Assembly (NCBI GenBank): GCA_963667035.1
Contig: OY762964.1
Coordinates: 1,600,001-1,664,000 of the forward strand
DNA from: Candidatus Cloacimonadales bacterium
GTDB taxonomy: Bacteria > Cloacimonadota > Cloacimonadia > Cloacimonadales > JAFGVF01
Length of the DNA: 64,000 nucleotides
Reading direction: 5' to 3'
The notes beneath the pieces were generated by a model. It was not told where the DNA came from. It searched no databases and saw nothing but the letters and a program-made list of their open reading frames with translations. The position numbers and the translations under genes are program-made. Shown here in pieces: positions 49,889 to 58,604 of this stretch (positions are counted from its first letter, which is position 1; each line of letters opens with the position of its first letter).

Positions 49889-52618
49889 ATGATAAAAGAA
49901 TTTTTTGCACGTATTTTCCCGACTAAATCCCCGGAAATACCCGACACTAAAACGATAGGAGTCACTGCTCCAGATACTTCAGAATACTATTCTCTCGCTT
50001 TTGAACCAAATACAATCAAAGCAGCATTCAGTGCTAAAGAGTATGATGGCTCAATCTCAGACTTACATAATCTCTTCAGCACCTTCCTTGAGGCAGACGA
50101 TAATGCCGGTGGTTGTGTTGAAGTTAGAGAAGAAGCTCTTAAGGCTGCTATTCCGGTAATCACCAACACAGACCTGAGTGATAAACAGCTTGAGGTTCTG
50201 AAGCCAATCCTTGCTAGTATCTGGTCTCCCATGGCTGAAATGGTTGTTGAATACAAGCTCTATGGTCATCTATTCCGTCAGATCATATGGGACTTTGATG
50301 GTTCTATCTGGAAACCTAAAGAATATCGTAGTTACAAAAACGTTGATTTAAAGCTCAAAGATGGTGAACTATGTTTGTACCTTGAAGATGAGAAGAAAAC
50401 GCTCAATCCCCTCAAATTCTTCGCTTTAACAAGAAAGAAATCACCTCTACAAGGATTGTTGAAGTACTACTGCTTCGCTTTTTTTTCAATTAACAACTGG
50501 GCTGCTTTTACCGAAGTCTTCGGGAAGCCATACATTGTGGGTAAATACTCACCACAAGCAACAAAAGCAGATAAAGACAAACTATTTGAGTTTATTTCTT
50601 CTGCAGGTAACGACATGGCAGGTATAATCTCAGAGTCAACTGCTATTGAGTTTATGCACTATGCCGACAAACAAGCTTCTTCTGACCTATATTCTAATTT
50701 AGTAAAATTTACACAGGACCGTGTAACCCGTAGAATCCTTGGTCAAACTCTCACGACAACTGCTGAAAAAACAGGTTCTTATGCTCAAAGTAAGGTTCAC
50801 AATCTTGTCAGAGAAGACATCCTTGCCGGTGACATCAGAGATGCAACAAATCTGCTACAATTCCACATAAACCAAATAGCAGCTATCAACTTAGGAATAG
50901 AAGGCATAGAGATTAAAATTGAGCCAACCTCTCAAAAGGATCTCAAAGAACGTATCAATATCGATGAGAAACTGAACAATATCATTGTGATCACACCTGA
51001 TTACTTCTATGAAACATACGGTATCCCAATTCCCAAGGACGGAGCTAAGTTCAAAGAAAAGGAATCAACCTCCCCTTTTCACGGTAGGGAGCAAGGTAGT
51101 TTGTCAGAGCAAAGCGACAACGGACTTCATCTGCTCCCTACTGGACTGGGTACGCGAGCTTCTAGCTCGCAATCCTCTTTACCTACAGCCTCACAAAAAG
51201 CTTTAGTGTCCGTTAGAAAGCGTGTCGACAACCTAAAATCGTATCAGGAAGTCAAGGATTTGGCATATCCCACCGACTTATATCTTGCTCTGGGAAATGA
51301 CATGTGGAGCATGGTTCTGAATAGCTACATCAAAGTAAGAAAACAACAAGGTAAGAAGACCAAACTGGGTACGCAAGCATCCTTGCTTGCAACTGGGACC
51401 GCAGGCATCTTGCCTGCCACTGGGAACGCGGACATCCCTGTCCGCACTGGGTACGCAGGCATCTTGCCTGCACAATCCCTCGAATTCGAGTTCGAGTTCA
51501 CAGACCAAGATATTGAAGCACTGAACGCTTTCAGATCTGAAAGTTTTATCGTTGCCGGTGTTTCATCTCAAAGTGTCCTAGACCTTGTCAAAAACGAAGC
51601 CGAGAAGGCTTTCACTGAGGGTCTTGATTTCACTGAGTTCCGGAAGAATTTGAAGCTTCAGGGATTCGAACCCAAAAACCCATATTACTTGCGTACAAAC
51701 TTCAATACAGCCTTTGCAAACGCTCAAGCTGCTGCCAAATGGCAAAACATACAAGAGGACAAGAAGCTCTTCCCATACCTCCGTTATGTCGCTATAATGG
51801 ACGGTAAAACAAGAGATGAACATGCAATCCTTCATAATATTATCAGACCGGTTGAAGATCCTTTCTGGAATGACCACACTCCACCGAACGGCTTTAATTG
51901 CAGGTGTGATTTAGAACAGGAAACACCGACTGAAGCTGAAAATGATCCTGGACTAAAGAGACCTATCCCACCAAACACAAATGTCCCACCGGAATGGCGT
52001 CGCAATGCCGGCAAAGACAAAACCCTCTTCGGTTCCTGGTTATCCTGTGAAGATGCTAAGAGTCTTCAGGATGCAAATCCGGGCATCAACCCTATGGCTC
52101 TTAGGCTACATCTTTTCTATGCCTTAAAAAAGCATTGTCCTTTGCTCTACGCAAAGAAAGCTCCTGAGCTTGGGCTGAAGGAATGGGAGAAACTTAAAAC
52201 TCACAAACTACCGGAACTCATAGACACCAATGGAATGACTCGTGAAGACTTGTTTAAGTTATGGAAGAAGAAAATGAATGATAGTATTGTCATCGATGCA
52301 ACCAACGACCCTGTTAAACTAAAGAGCTCAGTTTACAAATGGAATCAAAAAAAGAATGGGAAACTTGAGTATAGCGATAAGAATCTTCAAGGTAGATTCA
52401 GGTACTTGAACTGCATAGAAGACACTCTTAAGAATCCAACGGAGATATGGGGACAAGAGGATAGAAAGCGTTTCAGATATATCAAGAAATACGAAACCGG
52501 TGTTATGGTTGTAACCGAAGTTGAAGCCGATGGCAAAGCTGGTATGTTTAATATCATAGCGTCAAATAAAGGCTATATAAATGCACGCCGTTCAGGCTTC
52601 TTAATCTATTCCGAATGA
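49889..52618 (+). CDS. Fusion of Mu gp29-type portal, MuF and a C-terminal PBECR-like nuclease
   Basis: WAAFTEVFGKP..GKY, ILGQTLTT, GSYAQSKVH; YLRY...DGKTR.EH, PPNGFNCRC; DTLKNPTEIW...RYIKKY. Confidence 0.85.
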   Translation: MIKEFFARIFPTKSPEIPDTKTIGVTAPDTSEYYSLAFEPNTIKAAFSAKEYDGSISDLHNLFSTFLEADDNAGGCVEVREEALKAAIPVITNTDLSDKQLEVLKPILASIWSPMAEMVVEYKLYGHLFRQIIWDFDGSIWKPKEYRSYKNVDLKLKDGELCLYLEDEKKTLNPLKFFALTRKKSPLQGLLKYYCFAFFSINNWAAFTEVFGKPYIVGKYSPQATKADKDKLFEFISSAGNDMAGIISESTAIEFMHYADKQASSDLYSNLVKFTQDRVTRRILGQTLTTTAEKTGSYAQSKVHNLVREDILAGDIRDATNLLQFHINQIAAINLGIEGIEIKIEPTSQKDLKERINIDEKLNNIIVITPDYFYETYGIPIPKDGAKFKEKESTSPFHGREQGSLSEQSDNGLHLLPTGLGTRASSSQSSLPTASQKALVSVRKRVDNLKSYQEVKDLAYPTDLYLALGNDMWSMVLNSYIKVRKQQGKKTKLGTQASLLATGTAGILPATGNADIPVRTGYAGILPAQSLEFEFEFTDQDIEALNAFRSESFIVAGVSSQSVLDLVKNEAEKAFTEGLDFTEFRKNLKLQGFEPKNPYYLRTNFNTAFANAQAAAKWQNIQEDKKLFPYLRYVAIMDGKTRDEHAILHNIIRPVEDPFWNDHTPPNGFNCRCDLEQETPTEAENDPGLKRPIPPNTNVPPEWRRNAGKDKTLFGSWLSCEDAKSLQDANPGINPMALRLHLFYALKKHCPLLYAKKAPELGLKEWEKLKTHKLPELIDTNGMTREDLFKLWKKKMNDSIVIDATNDPVKLKSSVYKWNQKKNGKLEYSDKNLQGRFRYLNCIEDTLKNPTEIWGQEDRKRFRYIKKYETGVMVVTEVEADGKAGMFNIIASNKGYINARRSGFLIYSE
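51364..51471 (+). repeat. Four tandem REP-like hairpin units, in frame (108 bp)
   Basis: ACTGGG-nnC plus hairpin units start at 51364, 51392, 51419, 51446. Confidence 0.9.
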
Positions 52619-52630
52619 TCCATATAAATC

Positions 52631-52659
52631 AAAAGAGGAGACCGATGTCTCCTCTTTTT
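52631..52659. terminator. Bidirectional terminator
   Basis: AAAAGAGGAGAC-CGAT-GTCTCCTCTTTTT. Confidence 0.85.
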
Positions 52660-52715
52660 CTTATAGTTGACCGTTTCCCTTCAACGAGCCATGCGGTTAA
52701 TCCGTTTAGGCAATG
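52631..52715 (-). ncRNA. Candidate small RNA convergent on the MuF-nuclease gene
   Basis: Minus-strand TTGACA at 52741-46, two small hairpins, then the terminator; -10 is weak. Confidence 0.3.
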
Positions 52716-52781
52716 TTAATCTTTATCACTCAATCATTCCTGTCAACATCTATATTCATTACAAGACGTTCCTTTTTTAGT

Positions 52782-53027
52782 TTATAATCCGAGTTCTTTT
52801 AGCTTGCTAAAGTCTATACGCAACACTACATAATTAATTCCTCTTACTTCAAGTTTATCATCATAGCAACTTACCTTGATATTGCGTGATAATGTTTTTC
52901 CGTCTTCCCACGTTTCGATAACATGCTCAACACCTGTCTCTCTAGTTAGATTTATGGCTATTCTTACCATTTCTTCTAAAGTTCTATGGTAACTGTCATT
53001 AATCATCTCGCCAAAACTTTTATACAT
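52782..53027 (-). CDS. Small AT-rich moron-like protein
   Basis: AAGGAG RBS and its own TTGACA at 53071-76 (minus strand). Confidence 0.65.
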   Translation of the reverse strand: MYKSFGEMINDSYHRTLEEMVRIAINLTRETGVEHVIETWEDGKTLSRNIKVSCYDDKLEVRGINYVVLRIDFSKLKELGL

Positions 53028-53162
53028 ACGCTTACTCCTTTATAGCTTAATAAATACATTTAAATTATAATGTCAAATACAAATCATAATATCAAGAGCT
53101 AAGGAGTTCGTCATACTGAAAGGAAAACGGACTTCTTCAGCTCCGGCAATATGTGATAAATC

Positions 53163-53528
53163 TCAACTCCCATAATAGATATTCCTAGCAGTCTTTACAC
53201 TCATGAAGTACTTAGGTGCAACGACAGAAAAGGCTTCCTTTGCCTTGTAACCGGCACCAATTAAGCTATCTATCTCCTTAACTATTTTAGTATTTCTAAC
53301 AAGCTTAGGGTTCTTAGTTTCACGTTTTTGTAACTCAGGAGGCTTCCGTCCGGGATAAACTCGTTTAAAAACATCGGCATAAGAAGCAGTTCCGGGAGTT
53401 AAAGATGCCAATCTCTTTCTATTAGCTATTTGTTCCTGAAGATAGTACTTTCTCAATGTGCAATTCTTTCGTATTACTGGAGTACACGTATCCTTATGTC
53501 TGCAAGCTTTTACTGAGCACTTTATCAT
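53163..53528 (-). CDS. Mor/C-like late transcription activator candidate
   Basis: C-terminal HTH VAPKYFMSVKTARNIYY; last gene of the early/middle operon. Confidence 0.55.
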   Translation of the reverse strand: MIKCSVKACRHKDTCTPVIRKNCTLRKYYLQEQIANRKRLASLTPGTASYADVFKRVYPGRKPPELQKRETKNPKLVRNTKIVKEIDSLIGAGYKAKEAFSVVAPKYFMSVKTARNIYYGS

Positions 53529-53544
53529 TTACTATTCTCCCCTT

Positions 53545-53597
53545 ACTGGGTACGCGAGCTTCCAGCTCGCACTGGGACCGCAGGCATCTTGCCTGCA
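53545..53597 (+). repeat. Two tandem REP-like units, intergenic
   Basis: ACTGGGTACGCGAGCTTCCAGCTCGC ACTGGGACCGCAGGCATCTTGCCTGCA. Confidence 0.9.
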
Positions 53598-53625
53598 TTT
53601 TTTCCACTATTTCCCACCAAGTCCA

Positions 53626-54234
53626 TCATTCTTCCTCCTGGTTACTAAGTGGCTTCCCGGTCTTCTTATCTATTTTCAAGGTTGAAGGATTAGGAACCTT
53701 ACCTTCAGTTTTCTCTCGTTGTACTCGTTCCAATCGCTCCATATTGCTCTCATATCGCCAAGTTTTGGTAGCTATCTCAGATTTTCGCTTTTCGGCTATT
53801 CTTTGCGAGTTCTCTGTTCGAGACTGGTCGGAATACCATTCATTCAAATAGTTCTCAAATTTCTTGGAAAATAGCGTTGCAGGACGCAAGAACTTACTCC
53901 AGTCTGTTTGATTATCATCGCAGTTCAACCAATCCTTGCACTTGATATCGATAACATGCTTGAAATCATCTAGCGTATACTTGTCGTTGATGAGTCCTTG
54001 AATCAACCTTCTCGTTTCACTATTACTAGCTCTGAAGTGTTTCCCGGTCTTTTCATTTAGATAGTTAACCACGCTTTCAATCATCTCAGTATTCTCTGTA
54101 ACCTTTGACTTCTTAGCCTTTAAACTCTTTTTAACCCGGTAGAGGAAGTTGCGGATCTTTCCATCCACAACATCCTTACCAAGCTCTTCAGCTAACGCAT
54201 CATACAACTCACGAGGGAATGACATTCTAACCAC
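53626..54234 (-). CDS. Protein with conserved phage C-terminal domain (replication-initiator-like)
   Basis: YLNEKTGK.F, DDFK.VID.K..W, FLRPATLF..KFENYLN. Confidence 0.8.
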   Translation of the reverse strand: MVRMSFPRELYDALAEELGKDVVDGKIRNFLYRVKKSLKAKKSKVTENTEMIESVVNYLNEKTGKHFRASNSETRRLIQGLINDKYTLDDFKHVIDIKCKDWLNCDDNQTDWSKFLRPATLFSKKFENYLNEWYSDQSRTENSQRIAEKRKSEIATKTWRYESNMERLERVQREKTEGKVPNPSTLKIDKKTGKPLSNQEEE

Positions 54235-54901
54235 CTATCATAGTGTGCATGTTCTCTGTTCTGGAAGCTATCCCATCCTTATAACCTTGAACGAATGCTT
54301 CATCATTTACCTTTGTTTTTCGAGGTTTACGATGTTGAACAGGACTGTACTTCTCCTTACAATACTCAACAACTGCTTCAGGAGTTGCTAACACTAAACC
54401 GTACTTCTCTACATTTTGTGCATATCTCCTTTGCAGACCGACTATGAATCCAGTGAAGTAGCTGTTCTTAGCTTGATTTATATGTTTCTGATATCTTTTA
54501 CCTCGCTTAAACCTCAACCCTGCCTTGTATTTCTTTAAGAATATACGCCACAGTTGCTTGAGTGAGTTCACAGCAAAGTGTGCAGACTTTTCAGCGATTT
54601 CGACATCTGACTCCATACCAATAAAAGCAAACTGCCCACCACTACACAAATCGACGAGTTTGCAGTTGAAATTGTACGCTATAACAGACATCAAATCTCT
54701 GTACCACTTCGGAAGAGTAGAGTAACCAGAATCTCTCTTCTTATCAGATACTTTTTCAGTATCAATCTGCTTCATCCCCAGTCCAAACTTCATAGCAATC
54801 TCCTGAGCCTTCGCTAAAGCAGCGAAGGCTTCATTCTGATTAGGAGATCCAGAAAGCTTCAGAAGTTTACTTATCTTCTCTTGAGCTTGTTCTTTAGTCA
54901 T
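54227..54901 (-). CDS. DUF2786-like phage protein
   Basis: KISKLLKLS.S.N.NEA..AL.KAQ. Confidence 0.75.
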   Translation of the reverse strand: MTKEQAQEKISKLLKLSGSPNQNEAFAALAKAQEIAMKFGLGMKQIDTEKVSDKKRDSGYSTLPKWYRDLMSVIAYNFNCKLVDLCSGGQFAFIGMESDVEIAEKSAHFAVNSLKQLWRIFLKKYKAGLRFKRGKRYQKHINQAKNSYFTGFIVGLQRRYAQNVEKYGLVLATPEAVVEYCKEKYSPVQHRKPRKTKVNDEAFVQGYKDGIASRTENMHTMIGG

Positions 54902-54905
54902 ATAT

Positions 54906-55520
54906 CTAACTCAACTTAGTTTGATATTTCGACAATTGCAACCCAAGGTCATCCCATGCAAAACTAGGGAAATCAGGCTTATATCCATTTACGTCTCTGT
55001 GAGATAGTATCGTTAACGGTTTGCCAAAGATTGTGTTATATTCAACCATCAACTCATGAAGTGACCTGATTTGCTCAGGAGTTGGGTGCTGATAAAAAAC
55101 ACCTTTCAACTTTTCCCAATGAGTACCTGTTTTAATCTCAGGTTGCACACCCCAGGATACCAAGGCAATTCCAATAGATTGTGAATCCATTGTGTTGCCT
55201 TTTCCGGTATGATTGGCATATCTAATTGTAGGATCAACACATCTATAAATTGTGCCATCTCGGTCAATAATGTCATTGTATACAACTGATCCATCACCCA
55301 CTCCATCACCATCAATATCGTGACGATTATTGAGCCAGTTAATAGCCGATTCAGCACTACCGGAAGCCGTCCAGTGAATCACAATTCGCTTTGGTTTGCT
55401 ATTGTTCCCTTTTGCAAATGAATTATCTAAGAACATTAATCGCTTATCTACAGTCTTCAGAGCCCAATCAAACACAGGGCTGTATTTAAACTCTGTCATT
55501 TTTCTCTTTGCATTTTGCAT
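54906..55520 (-). CDS. N-acetylmuramoyl-L-alanine amidase (Amidase_2-type endolysin)
   Basis: IVIHWTA, IDRDG.I, ANHTG, SIGI, SHRDV. Confidence 0.85.
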   Translation of the reverse strand: MQNAKRKMTEFKYSPVFDWALKTVDKRLMFLDNSFAKGNNSKPKRIVIHWTASGSAESAINWLNNRHDIDGDGVGDGSVVYNDIIDRDGTIYRCVDPTIRYANHTGKGNTMDSQSIGIALVSWGVQPEIKTGTHWEKLKGVFYQHPTPEQIRSLHELMVEYNTIFGKPLTILSHRDVNGYKPDFPSFAWDDLGLQLSKYQTKLS

Positions 55521-55532
55521 TAGTAACTCCTC

Positions 55533-56159
55533 CTACATGCTAGCGTAATTAGTGCCAATCTTAACCCAATCAACATACACTTTCACACCCTTACCTCTAT
55601 CCTCTTCAACTTCTTTTTTCACAGAGATATCGGTGTAAGACTTCTTCTCAATCACCTTCATGTTCTCAAGGATCAATTTCACTGCTTCCTGATATGGCTT
55701 ATCTTTGAACCCGTAAGAACACAGCTTATTAAGCTGGCTCTTGGAAATTTTACCGGATGATTTCACAGTCAGAACATCCTTCAGGATTATCCTGATCTTT
55801 TGGTTCAGATCTGGTTGAAGGTTTTCGACCCATTCGGAAATCATTTGGATACCGGCAGAAACATTGGTGTCGATAGCTACTATTTCAGAGAACTTAGTTT
55901 CAACCTTGATTGTGCCGTCTGCAGAATAATCTACGGCAAAGCCATCCCACTCGGTGAGCCCGGTATCTTTAGCTTTCTTATCAAGGTACTCTTCAGTAAG
56001 ATCTTTTTCAATACCTCGTGAGCGTATCATTGCTTTCACGATTGCCATCCTAGTTTTGTACATCTCACGTACATAGATGTCAGCATCCACAACCTCTGGG
56101 CGGAGTAACTCCGCCCTTACATTGCCATCTGCTGTTTTTATGAACTTAGGTCTGCTCAT
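55533..56159 (-). CDS. DUF3164-like Mu early protein
   Basis: SADG..KV, G.ISK..L..L, ..K.Y pattern; position in the early operon. Confidence 0.6.
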   Translation of the reverse strand: MSRPKFIKTADGNVRAELLRPEVVDADIYVREMYKTRMAIVKAMIRSRGIEKDLTEEYLDKKAKDTGLTEWDGFAVDYSADGTIKVETKFSEIVAIDTNVSAGIQMISEWVENLQPDLNQKIRIILKDVLTVKSSGKISKSQLNKLCSYGFKDKPYQEAVKLILENMKVIEKKSYTDISVKKEVEEDRGKGVKVYVDWVKIGTNYASM

Positions 56160-56779
56160 ACCGGTTGTCCTCCCTGTGTTGCTTCATCTTCAAAACGACG
56201 CTGACGCTCCTTAATGATCTCTTTCAAATCATCGAGATCAGCATCTTGGAAGTAGAGAGCTAGTTTGAAATCTAGCTCTTTCCGGGAACAGTTAAAGAAT
56301 GTGACCATATTCTCTAGATATTGTTCAATCAACAGGTCTTTAGAAGAGCGTTTATTCTCTTTTTCTTGCTGTCTAATCTCTTTGATCTTATCCTTCAGGT
56401 CTGCAGTGTTCATACCTTTGGCACATTCAATCCACTCTTCTTGTTCAGCATAACTCTCAGCTTTCTCTACAAATGGACGCACCATATCAAGACGCTCAAA
56501 ACCAATTTGCTTAAGTTCAGCTTCATCAATATCAAGCTCTTCTGAGTAAAGCTCAAATGCTTTGATAATCTTAGCTGCGAGGGATGATTTTAGGTTATAC
56601 TCAACCTCAACAAAGTTCTTAAAGCTCTTATAGCCTTTGATTTTAAAGCTACCTTTTCGCTTGATATCTGAGAGAACCTGTCCTAACATCAGATACTTCT
56701 CTTCAAGTGTTTTCATCAGGATGTTCACAGACTCGAACTTCTCCTGTGGTGTCATTTCCATGCTCAATTCTTTTTCCAT
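56156..56779 (-). CDS. Hypothetical phage early protein
   Basis: LG..L..IK....F...GYKSF..F motif; GGAG RBS. Confidence 0.6.
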   Translation of the reverse strand: MEKELSMEMTPQEKFESVNILMKTLEEKYLMLGQVLSDIKRKGSFKIKGYKSFKNFVEVEYNLKSSLAAKIIKAFELYSEELDIDEAELKQIGFERLDMVRPFVEKAESYAEQEEWIECAKGMNTADLKDKIKEIRQQEKENKRSSKDLLIEQYLENMVTFFNCSRKELDFKLALYFQDADLDDLKEIIKERQRRFEDEATQGGQPV

Positions 56780-56789
56780 TCATTACTCC

Positions 56790-56975
56790 TTACTTTCTTA
56801 AGTCTTCTATCTCTTCAACTTGCTCAATCTTGGATATTGTTGTGCACCATTGCCTATGATTGAGCCAATCTACCATCTGTCCAAAGTCATCAGCAGTGAC
56901 CTTGGTAACCTTCTTCACAGTATTAGAATCATCACTTGTGTGAGTGATTTCCCATAGTTTAACTCTCATTCTTTG
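56790..56975 (-). CDS. Small hypothetical protein
   Basis: Fills the operon gap between coupled genes; start uncertain. Confidence 0.5.
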   Translation of the reverse strand, partial: QRMRVKLWEITHTSDDSNTVKKVTKVTADDFGQMVDWLNHRQWCTTISKIEQVEEIEDLRK

Positions 56976-57342
56976 CTCCATATGTCTTAAGTACTGCTAT
57001 CAGTTGCTTGCGTTCTTTCTCGGTCAGACTCGTTAATCGAGACTTACCGAACTTCTTATCGATATACTTCTTAACTCGTCCGATGTTCCATCCTGCCAAA
57101 GTCATCAGCTTCAAAAGGTGTTCCTCTTTCGGACTATATTGCTCATCATATTGTTGCCCCCCGGAGATAAGGTTCTTTATCTCCACCAGGCATGGAATTG
57201 ATAATCCTTTGAGTGTCCTACCATAACCCCAGCCTTCCATCATATCTTTACGGTCATCTGCAGAGATCTTGCGTTTACTACATTCGATATTGATGGCAGC
57301 TTTAAGCTTGTTTGATGTTTGAATGTAGTTCTTAGACATCAA
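56959..57342 (-). CDS. GemA/gp16-like protein
   Basis: DDRK.M....G..TLK.LS; L..LT..E...LIA.LK. Confidence 0.65.
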   Translation of the reverse strand: MMSKNYIQTSNKLKAAINIECSKRKISADDRKDMMEGWGYGRTLKGLSIPCLVEIKNLISGGQQYDEQYSPKEEHLLKLMTLAGWNIGRVKKYIDKKFGKSRLTSLTEKERKQLIAVLKTYGAKNES

Positions 57343-57895
57343 GCTTCCCCAATCTTCTTCTAATTTCAGCTATTTCAGCCTTAACTTTTGCCCTTCTTGC
57401 AAGATATTCAGGATCTTTATATGCACTTGGTTTTCTTAATTTTGCTGCTTGTTTTCTATATGTTCGGTAAGTTAGTAAATTATCTGGGACATCATCTTTT
57501 ATCTTAATGATCATGCCGTTGTAATGTTCTATACACCCAATGACTTCTAGACAAAGGCAGTAGCGATAGATTGTTTCTACACTTCTGCTACAAGCTTCTG
57601 CAACTGTTTCAATATATTGCTTCTCAGATGAAGTAACTCTGAGAATTTGATTGATGATAGCAATCTTAGGAACCCAATCCCATCCCTGACTCGGTAGCTC
57701 CAATGGAGCCAATTTATAAATCGTGCGACCGTTAACAACTCCAGCCTTAACAATAATCCCTCTCTTCAAGAAATCGCTGAAATAGCTTCGTACATTCTCA
57801 ACCTTTACTCCGGTAATGCTGCTAGCCTTGTTTGCTGTAAAAGCTCCGGAAGAGTTAATACAGAACTTGCGAACCATCTCCTTATAATTCACCAT
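57332..57895 (-). CDS. Winged-helix-like hypothetical protein
   Basis: Two HTH-like segments; follows MuB. Confidence 0.5.
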   Translation of the reverse strand: MVNYKEMVRKFCINSSGAFTANKASSITGVKVENVRSYFSDFLKRGIIVKAGVVNGRTIYKLAPLELPSQGWDWVPKIAIINQILRVTSSEKQYIETVAEACSRSVETIYRYCLCLEVIGCIEHYNGMIIKIKDDVPDNLLTYRTYRKQAAKLRKPSAYKDPEYLARRAKVKAEIAEIRRRLGKLDV

Positions 57896-58604
57896 TAGCT
57901 ACCTTCCTATCTAATATTTCTAATACTTTTTCTGCTTGTCTAAGATCATAATGCCCTGTTGAGTTCCCTGCATCTTCACCTAATTTTGAAAGAACCCACT
58001 TGATCACACTATCATCAATTTTAAATGAACGCCTTTGATTTCTTAAGAACTCAACAAACTCGGTTTTTGTAAGTCTTTTGAATTCAGTGACCCTAAGCAC
58101 ACGGTTGAAATAATGAGTATTGAATCTGAGGATCTTTCGATCGAGGTTCTCTTCTCCAACGAATACTACTACGCAATAAGTTGTATCAAGTAAGTCTCTG
58201 ATACCCTCAAAGATATCCCTATTCTTTCTGTCCATTCTCACTATGTGGTCTACTTCATCAATATAGATGACTGTATTGGGGTGATTCTCTAAGATCTCAC
58301 GAATCCCTGCTTTCATCATCGAGGCACGGCGTCCAACATGTGGGTATTCATTATGTAGCTTTGAAAGCTGGTGAAACATCCGTTCAAAAAAGCTCAGTGG
58401 TGTGTCTTGGCAGTCTGTGCGTACTAAAACAGACGATTCTTGTATTAGTGACATTTGTGTAGCCCATCTGCTTTTACCTGTAGAGGTGATTCCTTGGACT
58501 ACCATAGCTCCTACAAGCTCATCAACATCTCGTGCAAGTACTTCATTTAAACATCTCTCTGCTTCTTTTGTGTACTTGGTATCAACATAATGCAGATTCT
58601 TCAT
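57882..58604 (-). CDS. MuB-like AAA+ ATPase
   Basis: Walker A GITSTGKS, Walker B IYIDEVD, IRDLLD; coupled to the transposase. Confidence 0.88.
   Translation of the reverse strand: MKNLHYVDTKYTKEAERCLNEVLARDVDELVGAMVVQGITSTGKSRWATQMSLIQESSVLVRTDCQDTPLSFFERMFHQLSKLHNEYPHVGRRASMMKAGIREILENHPNTVIYIDEVDHIVRMDRKNRDIFEGIRDLLDTTYCVVVFVGEENLDRKILRFNTHYFNRVLRVTEFKRLTKTEFVEFLRNQRRSFKIDDSVIKWVLSKLGEDAGNSTGHYDLRQAEKVLEILDRKVANGEL

Noticed and set aside
51364..51471. Mini-CRISPR array
   Set aside because: Units abut with no spacers, the repeats themselves vary, they lie in frame in a CDS, and no cas genes are present.
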